Assembly (NCBI GenBank): GCA_051294905.1
Contig: CM119371.1
Location: 20,152,001 to 20,216,000, forward strand
Direction: 5' to 3'
Source of the DNA: Botryllus schlosseri
Taxonomy: Eukaryota
DNA: 64,000 bases
Shown: piece by piece, positions 1 through 13,864 of the stretch
How positions within the stretch are numbered: the first letter of the stretch is position 1
How the letters are laid out: each line of letters opens with the position of its first letter
Made by a program: the position numbers and the translations under genes
The notes under the pieces: model-generated
Databases searched by the model: none
Seen by the model: only the letters and a program-made list of their open reading frames with translations
What the model was told of the DNA's origin: nothing

Positions 1-871
1 TCATAATTTTTTCGTAAATCAACATAAAAACATTATTTTTAGGACTATATTTATGCTGATGCATGATATTTTTCTTCGCGCTGCGCGCGATTTACAATAA
101 CATTCATTGATTTTAATATGGAGACTACCACTCTCGTAAAAACTGCAATAAAATATATATATATATAAACAACCTTCATTTACTGGAATAAGCCTAATTG
201 TAATCGGAGAACGGTATATTCCTAGAGATTGTTGAGGCCGTTTAAATGCTTTATTCAAAGATAATGTTTCCGAACGTGGGGCTCGTTTGGCTTAATTCTG
301 GGGTTTGCGAATAGGTTGAACGTAATCAGGTTCCAGAATTGCCCGTGAGGAAGTCTGGGAAAGGGTGCTGACTTCTTTTAGTAATCAGTTCGTCAAATTT
401 TGATCTAGGCCACGGAACATTTTCAAATTGGAGATAGAGTCGAGACCATAAAAGGTTGGAAACCACTGGATCTGTTACCCAACATATAGCCACATACTCC
501 TGAACCGGATCGTGACCACCTCTGGTCTATGAGCAAAGCTATTCTAGTGGGACGTCATAACTCATTTTGGAATCCACTAGTGGCCGCTGAAGAGCGTCCA
601 TAATTTGGGTCGCAGAAATATGGTAACCCTAAACTATATTCGAATTCAGTTTCACAATAGGTTTGGTTATAAAGGTAAAAAAAGAGAACAGAATTTACTT
701 TACTATACTAGTTTACGACAACGTAAGCTGTAAGCTTCGATCACTTCGTTTGCGGTCAATTCATTTGTGAGAAAACAAGGCAGGCTCAGTAAAACGCACG
801 ATCATTAAATGATTGGTCGCTCTCACGGGTTACGCCAGCGTTTGGCGAACAATCCGAACATAAGCAAGATG

Positions 872-1081
872 CAGTGATTTTGATCAAAGCCGATTACTTG
901 ATGACTTGAAATTGACTCGTGAATTTTGCTTCGAGTCACGAGTCAATCCACATTTCTGATAGGCCGAGTCAAGTCAAGTCAAGTCATTTTAGCAAAGTGA
1001 CTCGAGTCAAGTCAAGTCATACGAAAAAGGTGACTCGAGTCTGACTCGAGTCAAGTCATGACTCGAGTCATCCCAACACTG
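872..1081. mobile_element. MITE end with (GAGTC/AAGTC)n repeats
   Basis: Ends in ATCCCAACACTG, the reverse complement of the start of the element at 63821. Confidence 0.65.
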
Positions 1082-4000
1082 CCCTAAACTACAGCCAAGC
1101 CCTCGCTATCGATATATGTACGTTCCTAATTTCTTCCTTGCGAACGCGATAATTGGCTGAAGAATATAAACACAGCGTCTTATATAAAAAAGAGTTATTG
1201 ACGCAACAAATCATGTTAGCCGATTCAGTGGCAAGTCCGTGACTTTAACCGGTAGGATATCTATCGTATTTCAGTATGTCTATATTTAACTCGCCTTAAG
1301 GCTTCCGCGCCGTTGTGAAAACAGGAGGGAGTTACTCACCTCACTTTACAGCAATGGCTTACCAACTTTTTTTAGACACGCACCCTTTATGATGAAGAAA
1401 ATTCCGCGCACCCCTTATCGTCATATCACAAAATGCAACCAAATGCTGACAATCCCATCTGATAGTGTGATTGCATGGTAGGTTATGACTGCTGATGAGA
1501 GAGTTCCCAAATATGTCATTTGAACTATACACACAGCAACAACAACTATGAACTGGGGGTAAATCACGTCGAGCGAGAATATTTTTTTTCAGGTGATCGC
1601 AGCGTCATGCCCTCTTTCAGATGCTTTCACGTGCCCTAAGGGGACGCTCATCCAGTTGGAGAACCACTGATTTACAGTGAATAGTTGCGATTGTACACGG
1701 CACACGTGAAGACATGGTGGGTGTGTCATTTGGTGGAAATATGGGTATGTACCAATGCCGACCAATATTGATCGATCTGTTGAATGGCTTCATCCCTTCA
1801 TCCACCGTGGTCTTTGGTCATTGCGGTTTTTGTATATTTCTTCCTTCAAGGAATTTGTTACAACTCTTTTTTAAAATCAAATGAGGATTCTATGCCTCTA
1901 TGGCGCAACCATTATGGCGTAAACATTATGCATTACGCGCACTGTGCACGGACAGACCAGACGCGACTGAATACTGATAGAGGCTTATTTAAAGCTACTT
2001 CACGATAAGCGATAAAATTGCTAAGGTCGTACGATGCTTAGCTATTGTTTGAATAGGCAAAGGAAAATGCTGGTGCGTGATAATGTCGGAAAAAATCAAG
2101 GAATGGGAATTATTCTCTCTTTCCAGTTCGGTAGGACTGGTTTTAATGAAAACCATAGGAGTTAACTCATTAGTGAAAAATGAGGATGAATATTATTTCC
2201 TACACTGTCGCGCAATGCTAGATTTCTTTATTCTCCGTAGTTTTATTGTAGATAGTCAAGTTGATAACGGTCGTATGTTTCACATTGCTCTCACATATTA
2301 TCGATGACATACAGTTAAATCCAATATAAACATTGCGTGAAGGATAAATTGAGAGTTGTGTTCCTGCGGATCTGTTTTCGTTCACCTTGGTAAACCACCG
2401 TAGAGCTACAATAGTGAGGTGGCAGCTTTGACGCGCGGCATTTCACAAGCTTTCAACGTCCTCACATGAGCTGCGTTTCGCATGGAGTCTGGCGTAACGA
2501 CGCTAATTGTGGGTAAGCCTCAACAATTATTCCTTCGTGAATCAGCTCGATAACGTTTAGTAGCGGTCGCCGCCTTTCCTGCTCAACATTTCCGAGCGGC
2601 CGAATTCATTAATGATTCATGTAAAAGTTTCTGCGATTTTTTCTGCGAAGACTTGAAAACGATTTATGTGATTCGCTTCAAATGAATTGATATTTACTCA
2701 GATATACTTCACAATAGTTTAAGCCAAATCTGAAACTTGACGGAGACCAAATCTATTTTCTGAATGATTGTATTCGTGCGAAATTGCCGCTCCAAGAGGT
2801 TGGGGGTTGATTGGCACTCAAACTTTGCAAACTATAAAATAATGCGTTTTGTCAGCTACAATGTATTAAGGAACACTATAATTTTGCCTAATTAACTCAA
2901 TATAGTACACTACTTTGGGCATTCAAATGATGCTGGTTTTATTTTTTACCCAGTTGAATTCTTGTTGTAATACGTGAAGGTGGTGCGGTATGTATTACAT
3001 ACATATTATATATAATTATACGCTTGACAACGTTGTTGAAGTCCGGTGAGAAATCACCAGAGCTCGTAAAGTCGCATCATCAGGTTACACTATAATATTT
3101 GGAATATAGAGTACTTGACAGATCAGTCGAGAGTTGCGTGGAGTTGTTTTCATTGAAGTTGAAGCTAAAGCAACAGCTAAAGTTAAGTTGCAGTTAACAG
3201 GAAATCTTTAGAGATTTGCACTGGAGAGGTGACGGCTTAAAAAGCGCGATATTACCTAAGCCGAAAGCACTGTTACATAAGCTGTGCTTTAGACACTAAG
3301 GCATAACATGGATTGGCGTGAGTCAAACACAAACTAATGGTCATGTTTCACACAGATCCGTTGCTTTAGTATCGTTCGCTGCCTAAACATCTCAACTTTA
3401 ATCAGAGGGCGATATAATACACCAATTCTGAAGTAATCTAGGAATGAGAAAATACCGTCACGTATATTTATCAATTGAAAACTACTTCGCTTATCGATAG
3501 CCCGCTAACATGTGGTATAGATCGGAGCTTCAATTCATCTCAACTCATCCTTAGAGTCGACACTTGGGCTTTAGACAGTATTTTAACGACAATCCTTATA
3601 TTACAGGACGCAAACGGTCATACATGGGAACACGTTTGTTCTGAATGTTCATTCATTCATTACATCGATATCAGTCCATGATTAATTCATATGTAATCTA
3701 CGTGCGATAAACTGTCCAACTGTAGATAACATACAGTGATATAATAATAAATCTACCCATAAAAGCGTTCACACATTGTTTCGTGATCGAGCTGCTAACG
3801 ACGCCGGTGATCTTTAATATCCGTTTCCCTGTGCAAATATCTACTTAACATTGCCTTCATCGCTACATCATATTCTTGCGCGAAATGGCTAGTATATTCG
3901 GCTCTTTGTAGTTTAAGCGAGTCCGAGTTTAATTCTTCTGGTAAATAAGCGGGGAACTACACGCTAGGGGAATCACCATGGAACTGCACGCGTTGACGTA

Positions 4001-6149
4001 AAAACATATTCACCTCCAATGCTCGAAGGTAACGTGCAAGATGATGTCGTGTCGGCTGGATTGCGCAAAGCATTTTTAGGCAAATGGAGGCGTTAGTAAA
4101 ATGTGAATATGGTCTTCATCTCCATTCATAAGCCAAATTCGATTATATATTGTAATTCCATGTGTGTAATGATACGTCGTTAATAAAGTCCTCAAACACT
4201 GGGGGGTAATCAACAGAAATAGCGTTCCCGTTTTTCTAAATATTCCAATGGATTTAAATTTTGCCGACTTCGAGTAGCTGTAGAAACTAATAATCATACG
4301 GATTTGGCATTACACTGTTGAGAGGAGATGCCAAGATAACCGGTTGATGCAGATCCTGGGTAATGATAACACAATAAAAATCCACTGACCCCTACTCATC
4401 AGGCACCCCGCTATCAGTCACGAGAACGCATCTCTCTATTTCGGGGTCGGGAACCTTTTTCGTCAAGAGCCATAATGGCTCCATATTTTACCATTTCAAC
4501 TAGCAAAGAGCCATATATGTCAATTTACTGTTACGTCACAACTGATAATTCGAAACGTCATGGTAGCACTAATTCCAATTATCGCTAGATAGGATTCGTC
4601 GTGTGCGCCACGTTTTTTTTCTGTAAAAACTCGTACTAATCATGGTGGTTGCCTTATTTGAGCATGCAAAACTTGAGTCACGAGAACGTAGATTCGTCGA
4701 GATAATCTATTTAAACACGATCGCACGCGTAAGTGCGAGCCAAACATGGTCAGTGCAGATGTTTATACCCACTCTAAGGTATGATATATCATAGTGACGT
4801 GAGATCAGGTGACGCAAGTGAGGCAATGACTCAGCTGTTGTCCGGATGCGCGAACAAAAATTGCAAAAATCTTCATTACTATTGGTATTTGATATCAATG
4901 TTCATCAATGACTTGATTTTGAACATTTTTCTCCCAAAATCACACAATTTGCATATTTATTGTTCGAATAAAATTTGAGTTTGTAATTGTGAATGTCACT
5001 TCCCCGGAGGTTCATTTCGGCCATTTCGTCAAAGGACCTATAATTACACTATGTTTTCAATTGTGAATATATCAATCCAATATGACGTCACAATTGAATA
5101 TGCGTGACGTCATGGCTTATAAAAATTGAAACATCTTTTAAACAAGGGCCCTGTTTCAAACAAGTTTGTTTTTACAACATTACTGATAACGTTGTTGTAT
5201 ATAGCTATATATCATTTTAGAATTGACCTCCCGCTCACCCCTTCTACTGCGCGGATACCCGAGTTCCATAGACCCTAGGTTGGAAACAAATGCATTCAGT
5301 GGTAGAATTTGTGCATTGTAATAAGACCTCACCGCAGGTAATATCGGCATCCCCGGCAATCTTTATTTTTAATTCATTACGTCGGAAAGTCGACGAAATA
5401 CAGTTCCTGCTCTCGGTTTTAAGCTCAATTGCGAACATTTTTGGTATTTTCCGGTGTCATATCATGCGGAACAATAGTCAAGCCTGGCCAAATTCGTGAA
5501 GTAATCTATCCGACTGATCTCTCGATTGCTAAATTATGCGGCAGGAAAATTGCGTCAGTAGGGTTAGGTTTTGGTTAGGCTGGGTTTTCATGTAAACAAT
5601 TCCGTTCACCATTCCGTAAACTTGATTCCACCTTATTCATATCCACTAAGATTCACTGGAAATATGATTTAAGGAATCGCGTGACTTCTCAAATGTAATG
5701 TGCTTGTGCATATGCAAGGAAAGTCCATATTCCAACAGCAAATATATCCTTGATGTGCCGATAAACGGCGCTTCCTGTCATACTCGCTTCATTAACAATC
5801 AACCACACAATTGTCTCCGGACCTCGCATTTATACCTGCAAAGTCTCTCTGGGCTCCTCATCGCCGATCTCACTACTACGGTAGTGCATTGAAAAGCCCA
5901 GACCGAAAGTGAGCCGTGCTAAAAGTCGGCAGCTGAGACAACGCTGGGGGCGCGTGCTAGCGAGGGTGACTGAAGATTGACTGGGAGAAGAGATTGAAAG
6001 CCGTACCCAAAATTTACGAAAGGCAACGACACTATGAACATTATCACTATTCATGTCGTGGCAGCACATAGCTTGAAAAAAGCGATAAGCGCCACTGTGT
6101 TGCACCAATAATAATACCAATCATCGCGTACGTAGTGCAAACGACCTAA

Positions 6150-6600
6150 TCGATCATAAGTGCCACTATCCGAGCTCCCTATATTCATATTGAATAATGC
6201 AAACACCGTAGCATCACCACTTCGACAAATAATTGATACGATTACAGTCCATAGCACCAGTGACAGAAAACGACCAAGTAAGAATTCTGTGGGATGTACC
6301 AGTTATAAGAGACCGCAGAATCAGGAGCAACCGCCCGTATATGATAATCAAACTAAAAAAGAAAAGTGAATGCTTATTCATTGAACTGGCCGTGTCAGCT
6401 GATCAAAACATATACCACAAAAGGAATCAGAAAAAAGCAAGATACGCAGAAGTCAAAGGAAATGTGAAAAAATGAGGCGATGCAAAATAAACGTTGTACC
6501 GATATTCATTGACGCTAAAGGAGTTGTATGCAAAAAACTCATGAGACATATCCAACAGATACCGGGAAACGTTCGATTCGACATGATAGAAATGATACTG
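6150..6600 (+). pseudogene. 3' fragment of a non-LTR retrotransposon with restriction-like endonuclease (R4/NeSL-type)
   Basis: ENDQVRILWDVPVIRDRRIRSNRPYMII...CLFIELAVSADQNI...KKARY matches the RLE PD-(D/E)xK domain, with PD mutated to PY. Confidence 0.75.
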
Positions 6601-8105
6601 ATGCCAGTGTTGACATTTGGCATATTTGAATGCAAAGGATTGAAATTTTGGCACATATTCATGCTGGTTGGCACTAGACTTTGCGTTTGTCACGTTGGCA
6701 CCTTCGACTTTCTTCAACTACAATAGTTAGCAGTAGCACATTAGATCCATAACAAGTGTTGTTTACTTGTGTACCTAACCAAGTATACAAGGCCGTTAAA
6801 AATTAAGTTTAAGTACATTGGTGGCTTACGTCCCATGAATCTTTATCTTGCATTACATCGAATTAATAAGTCACTGGACGGTGCATCTATACTGAGCATT
6901 GCAATTAGGCCATTGGGGGCCACCTTTTTTGCTATTCACGGTCGCATTTCGATTACTTAAGTAGCCTATAGCCGCATTCCTGGACATAGTCGCAATGAAC
7001 TAACCGGAACCAAATACCCATGTTAAATTGCTCATGTCCAATTAAGGTGAGCTCCGGACTTTTCTGCGTTTTATGGCCTTACTATACGCAACGAAATCGC
7101 TTGTGGTCATGGAATGAATAGTCACTAGAAGAGCTTATGGTCACGCCAAGCGCGAATATTTGTTCAGATTCACGAATGAATTTCGTCATTAATATTAGTA
7201 GTTTCACATATTACTATAAAATATTAATCCTTTCGCAACTCATGTGATCAGATTCACCGATAAAGGTAATGGAGGTCGTGTTTTAGAAAATGTAGGGCAA
7301 GTTATAAATGATGATGAATTTTCTATAGTGGGCCAGTTGTTATTAGTAACTTGGTTGAATGCTGTTATTTTTTGACGTCCCATCAGGATTGCCGGTATAG
7401 TGGTAAGATTTTGGAATCTACCAAACATAACAGAGACTAATTTCTTTCGTGAAGAGCACACGATTCCAAATTGCTATTTCTATATGGGGAGCATAATTTT
7501 TTTCCATTGTAGAGCCGAGATTGCAAAGGATGCTACTATACTCATATCAATTAAATCTCTCAAAGGCTAATTATTCTCTCAAAAATTTGGGGGTCTATTT
7601 TTATGTCCACATGCAAATTCCATTTGAATTGCAAGTCCACAGCCGCACAATTTTCCTTTTACGTTCGCAGGCTTCCCACCCCTGGCCTACGCAAAGTAGA
7701 GAAGAGGCGTGCACATACACACTAAATGAAAAGTAAAGCAGATAATATAAAAGGCTACATTGAATGAGAGTAAACATAAAAGAATGTGCTATTTATAACA
7801 TGTAATATACTACTAGTATGCTGCACACTAATATGTTGATCAAAACTACGGACAAATAATATCAGAAGATAAAGAATAGTCTCGTATCGACCGCATTACG
7901 CTGACGCAATGCTGAAACCGCACTTATTTTTAACGCCAGAATAAATGTCAGCCAATAAATCCGCCAGGGCTCCATCCAGTAGGTAAGCGACACTTAACCA
8001 GGTTCCAATTCTTTTTCTGCAAAATAAAACTGATTAGTCGCAGTTAATGTTGCATATAAATATAACAGCGATGTTGATCGGGTCCGTGAGATGTCGTCAC
8101 ATATA

Positions 8106-10034
8106 GGGGAGATGTGGTACCGATGGATCACTGGGACCGAAAATACTTGCAAAACTCTCCATGATCATTCCATGACTACACTCCGTGAATTTGTCTACAA
8201 TTACATGCTGACAGGATTTTTCCTCACATGCAAAAAAAATCGACCTGCGTGAGTTATTGGGTCTGTGACGAATGATTTACGTTTTTGGGGGTGTAAAGTA
8301 AATTTGGATGGACATTTGCATTTTACTATATCACCTTTCAGACTAACAAACCCGCGATAATTTTTGATGTGGAGTATAGGGCTTGCATCAGGGTATATAA
8401 TGACACTAATTTTTTGAATCAATACCATCATCGAGTGGACTATTTTCAAGTCAATTACAATATTTATGGGGTGGGGGACCTATGGTACTATAGCCAAATC
8501 AAGCAAAATAGATAGGGGAAATGTGGTACCAATGGATCAAAAATTGCAAAATGATCTCTGGCCCTCGAATCTACGGCCGAGAATAGCGGATCTTTTACTG
8601 TCTCAACACTTTGATACAAGCTCTAACTATCGCGGGCATTTACATGGATATCCTCCTTTTCAAAAAATATTTATAAACGTTTAAAATTTGTTGCTCGAAC
8701 GTGTCATCGGCCCTCACCCGGTGGGTCCAATGGCACACGACGATGGGACTTTAGAGACATACGCTCAAAACTCAAATTTTTCAACATGTTTTGTTGTGTA
8801 CTCTATAATCTAAAGCTACAGCATGCCCATGAAGAATGTATCGTCGTCACCTACAATAATAAAATGGATTATATGAACGTAAATGTTGCGATAAAATCAC
8901 GTTTTGATTTCCGCCAAAATTTACAAAATTAATGTCACATACATATTACCGAAGAATCGTCATTTTGACTTTCAAATACCTCATAATAGCAATAAAAAAA
9001 CATAGGTAATTATAATTTACAGCCTCTACATATGTAGGCGTGTTTCTGTTGATAAGTGATTATAGTTGGTCCGACTATTTTGCTTGATTTGGCCACGGTA
9101 CCATAGCTCCCACTCCCTATAAACATTGTAATTGAATTGAAAATAGTCCACTCGATGATGGCATTGATTCAAAAAATATGTTCCATTATATACCCTGATG
9201 CAAGCCCTATAATCCACATCAAAAATTATTGCGGGGTTGTTAGTCTGAAAGTTGATTTGGAAAAATGTATATGCCGATCCAAATTTACTTTGCACCCCGT
9301 GAAACGTAAATCGTTTGTCACAGACCCCATGACTCGCGCAGATCGATTTTTTTTAATGTGAGGAAAGATTCTGCCAGCATGCCATTGTAGACAAAGTCGC
9401 GCAATGTAATCATGGGATTATCACTGAGAATTTTTCAAGTATTTTCTGTCCCAGTGTTTCATCGGTACCACATCTCCCCTACCCCAACTAATCACTTAAC
9501 AACAGAAACTGGCCTACATATATGTAGAATTTAAATCATAGTTACCTGTGGTGTTTTATCGCTATTACGAGGTATTTGAAAGTCAAAATGTCGATTTGCG
9601 GGTAATATGTATGTGGCAATAATTTTGTAAGTTTATGCGTAAATCAAAACATCATTTTATGCCAACATTTGAGTTGATATAATCTATCTTATTCTTGAAG
9701 GTCGCGACGAAACATTCTTCATTGGCTTGCTGTAGCTTAGCTTATAGTACACAACAAAACAAGTTAACAAATTTAAGTTTTTGAGCGTATGTCTCATAGG
9801 TCCCATGGCCGTGTGCCTTTGGACCCACCGGGTGGGGACCGATGACACGTTCGAGCAACAAATTCTAAACGTTTATAAATATATTTTGACAAGGCGGATT
9901 TTCATGTAAATGTCCGCGATAGGTAGAGCTTGTACCGAAGTGTTTAGACAGCAAAAGATCTGCTATTCTCGGCTGGAGTTTAGAGGGCCAGAGATCATTT
10001 CGCAATTTTTGATCCACGGGTACCACATCTCCCC
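8106..10034. mobile_element. TA-targeting (Tc1/pogo-like) MITE, outer copy
   Basis: TIR GGGGAGATGTGGTACC at both ends, TA on the left flank; interrupted by an inverted copy of itself. Confidence 0.8.
8515..9479. mobile_element. Same MITE family, nested in opposite orientation
   Basis: GGGGAAATGTGGTACC...GGTACCACATCTCCCC with TA at 8513-8514 and 9480-9481. Confidence 0.85.
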
Positions 10035-11351
10035 CTGCAGCACATGATTTCCCTTTCGTATTGGTATCACATTGTTCCTACCGAGCGACACAGAAAGCTA
10101 TCTACTCGGTTAGCGGGGGTGTTGAATTCCATGTAAAATGGATTTTCCGATACGCGATACACGTTCACATCATACGATTGATTTTATTGATTTTATCAAA
10201 AGTTGCGTTTATGATTATTTAGATATCGCAGGGAAGAGGTGAGCTAATTCTCAGGTCCGCAGGCCGGATATGAGAAAATGAAGTACATCGCGGGCTGGAT
10301 TACAGAATATACACATTAATCTCATATTTATACACACACGCAAGGAATTTATTTCGTTACTACATCGCCCCTACTTCGCGGGCCGGAGTATTGAATATAT
10401 GCAATAATCGCGTACTTATCCACCTATACAAGGAATAAATCGTATTTATTGTAAACTTTTAGTTTAAAGCTTAGAATGAATTCAATACCAAAAGCTGTTG
10501 AAGTCAATCAGACATCTGTGGTCGGTCGAACTTGTCAACAAGTTCTTTGAGTTCTTGCTGCTTGTCGTATTTAGAAATCCTTAGTAAAGACTCCACGTGA
10601 ACATCATGTATTGGAACGAGGCCTTGTGTCGTTAATGTTCATTGTTCATTGTCGAAAATGTATGTAGACTCGACCCGAGCAGGCAGTCTCATGGCCATCT
10701 TTCTCAGTTGGGCAAACTGGGAATAATTCTGTGACTCACAAAAATTGTCAATACCTTCAGAATATAATTTCTCTTTCAGGGTAGAAACTCTCTACGGGCC
10801 GGTGGCTCGTCCCTGTCTTAAGGTATGAGATAATCTAAAAGTTTAAGATTTGCAAGGTATCTGCTTGTTTAGGTTCTTTCTTCGCCATTCAACCGATCGC
10901 GAAAACCTTTTGATGTTCTTTAGGTTTCAAACCTACGTGAAAGTATTTCGCTGTCAGCTCCTGCAGAGCTGTCAACTTTGGTAGTTTCCCATGTCACGGA
11001 CCATTACAGGTGTTGCGAGTACGCAGAAAGAAAATAACGCAATGCGATAATCATTTTCCGCATAAAGCCAAACAGCAAAGTGATAACCCATAAAAAACAA
11101 GAAAAATACCACCCCCTAATCCTCGAGTCCGACCGAGGTCGGTTCAAAAATTTCTACCAAGTGTTGGAGGTTTATCTAGGCTCCTCAACACCATCTCATC
11201 CTCGTAAGCGGTGTGAAACAAAACCAAAGAAGTGACCAGTGTTCGAAGTCATCAGCAACGGAATCAAAAATAAGAAATATAGGCCTGGTGTAAATGACTA
11301 TTGTATAGTCAACAAACGCCATGAATACCACAAACAAACACCATAAACACG

Positions 11352-11676
11352 TCGGTATGCAAACTTGACCTATGGCATTGCAGCAAAACTCACTGCTGTG
11401 GACTTGGCCATCATTTTTTGCAGACAATTACACCAGAAGTCGAATTGCGACTGTTGTTATGAAAGTGATACGTCTTGTGCAGTGGCCAGATGTTGTCATC
11501 ATCATTACTAGGGCATGTTTTACTTATAAGTAAAACATCTGGCCACTGCACAAGACGTATCACTTTCATAACAACAGTCGCAATTCGACTTCTGGTGTAA
11601 TTGTCTGCAAAAAATGATGGCCAAGTCCACAGCAGTGAGTTTTGCTGCAATGCCATAGGTCAAGTTTGCATACCGA
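11352..11676. repeat. Perfect 143-bp inverted repeat with 39-bp spacer
   Basis: 11352-11494 is the exact reverse complement of 11534-11676. Confidence 0.95.
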
Positions 11677-12685
11677 GGAAAGATGCATATATTTTTCACT
11701 AACTTTGCAGTAATCAGTTGCATTTAAGTTTCACAAAACTTGCACTTAAAGGTTGCAATTATGGTCAAATTCCTTGATATTATTAGGGTATGAGATACTC
11801 GAATCGATCCGTATCCAAGGGACTGTAATAAAACTCAATGTTGGTGACTGGAACAAAAAATTGACGCGGTGAAAGTATAACTTTTGGTGGTCTAGCGTGA
11901 ATGTACGTCAAACCAGAAAGGACCTCAAATTTGAACGATAGTGAAATAATCAAGCTGTCTATTTTCATTTAGTGTCAAATATCTCCAGTAAAAAGTTGGT
12001 TGCTTCAAAAATTGGAAAAAATTCAAGAAAGTGGCATGAAAAATCGAAAAAGTTGCAAAAAGATGAATGAGAAAATGAAGAAAATGTGAGATTAATGAGA
12101 TTAATCCAAACAGCTTAAAACACCATACTACATAACTTAAGTATTTATGAGACTGCCTGAACTTGCAAAAAAGTGACATAAGTTGCAAATAATTGCCTTA
12201 GTAGATTCGCTCAGAGACGTCGTAGCGTGCGGACGCATCGTCGTTTCAGTTCATTAGCTTAGCAGATTGGGTAATCAAGACAAGTGTCCGACTAGCAATT
12301 TACGCTTTGGCGTAGCCAGATATGGATTGGATATGGAGACAAGTTCCTACGCAAAGAGGAAGTCTTTAACTACCTTCAATTCTTCTGAGGAAGAATGAGG
12401 GGATGGGGAGTGGTGCGAAGTAAGAAGCAAAATACCTGCCAAGAAATTTGCACTGATGGATAATGCAGTTGGGAAGGAACGGGAATCTAATAGCCAAAAA
12501 GCAACAAGTCAACAACTTGACGTGCTGCTATCGGGGTCTGATGGAACACGCATGGGACACCAACATCCTACAAAGGTATGTGAGGCACTTAAGATAAACA
12601 TTGGCAATTTTGAAAAAATACGTAGATTGCCTTCTGGAGATCTAGTTGTAACTTGTAAAACCAAAGCACAGGCTGATAAACTTCT

Positions 12686-12904
12686 TGTGGTGATTGTTGT
12701 GATTGTATAAGTGCTGATTACTGTAATTAGTTTACTTTGCTCTGTTCATTCCTTTCGTACCTCAGTTGCTTATATCTGTGTTGTCGAGTGCATGTCCTAG
12801 TTCCGTGAAGTTGATTGTAGCTGAATTTCAGTTAATAAAAACCTAGAAAGCTGTCAAGCAGTTTCGTCTTCGTCTAGCTACGCTTTCCTCGAAAGGTCAC
12901 CACA
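12686..12904 (+). repeat. 5' LTR
   Basis: Identical to 16617-16835; contains an initiator-like TCAGTT followed by AATAAA. Confidence 0.97.
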
Positions 12905-12940
12905 ATTTTATTAACTGCTATTGACACAATCGACTCTGGA

Positions 12941-13864
12941 ATGACTTTCTCTCAAGAGAAGTATATCCGCGTGCCGGTTCTAGATTTATTGCCGAGCTCT
13001 CAAGACTCTTCGAAAGTATTCAACCACTGGGACAAAATGTTGTCTAGCTTCATATCGGCTGCAGAGTCTTCTTTACCATCGACCAGCAGCACGGACACTG
13101 GACAAGACTCTAGCAGTGGCCGTCCCGGGGCAGTTCTCGATAAGTTGGCTATTTTGATTGGTTATGTATCGCCAAGCGTGTACGCTTTGATCGAAGATCA
13201 TGGCACGTTCGAATCTGCCATGGCACACCTAACCAAGTTATATCGGAAGAAAAAGAACATCATATATGCTCGACATTTACTCGCAACTGCTAAGCAAGAC
13301 TCTGGTGAGACCGTCGCTGATTTCTCACAAAAGATGATCGCTCTGTCTCGTGATTGCAATTTTGAAGCTGTTAATGCAGAAGTGCATAAAATGGAGGCCG
13401 TGCGAGATGCCCTAATTACTGGCTTGCGGTCCTCTGGCATTAGATTGCGTCTTCTCGAACATGATGAGTTAACACTCGAAAAAGCCATGCAGATAGCAGA
13501 CTCTCTTGAACGGGCGCAAGCGTTTTCCTCGTCCTATGAAATATCGCCTCCTACCGCTAACATGGTTCCGGGAAATCAGGAAATGCAGAAGACTTCACAT
13601 ACACCTGATCAATCGCCTGTGTTGTCCTGCAGCCCTGAATTGGCTGCATTACAGAAGTCTCCTGAAAAAAAGAAGTGCTTATTTTGCGGCGGTTTCCATA
13701 CGATGCTTCGCAAGTTTTGTCCAGCCCGAAACAGCGAATGTTCGAGATGTGGCCGACGGGGTCACTTTGCCAAAGTCTGCAAATTCAATTTGGCTTCGCT
13801 AGCCGGTGTACCCGGTTCTTTAAGGCGTTCTTGTAGATTCGGGGGCATACGAATGCTACATTAG
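12941..13864 (+). CDS. gag: Gag protein of the Gypsy element
   Basis: Capsid-like Q-x-x-x-ETVADF and RDALITGLRSSGIRLRLLE motifs; zinc knuckles CLFCGGFH...C and CSRCGRRGHFAKVC. Confidence 0.92.
   Translation: MTFSQEKYIRVPVLDLLPSSQDSSKVFNHWDKMLSSFISAAESSLPSTSSTDTGQDSSSGRPGAVLDKLAILIGYVSPSVYALIEDHGTFESAMAHLTKLYRKKKNIIYARHLLATAKQDSGETVADFSQKMIALSRDCNFEAVNAEVHKMEAVRDALITGLRSSGIRLRLLEHDELTLEKAMQIADSLERAQAFSSSYEISPPTANMVPGNQEMQKTSHTPDQSPVLSCSPELAALQKSPEKKKCLFCGGFHTMLRKFCPARNSECSRCGRRGHFAKVCKFNLASLAGVPGSLRRSCRFGGIRMLH

Noticed and set aside
10860..11350. Possible decayed 3'-5' exonuclease-like coding remnant on the minus strand
   Set aside because: Only a faint frameshifted resemblance; cannot be supported without a profile search.
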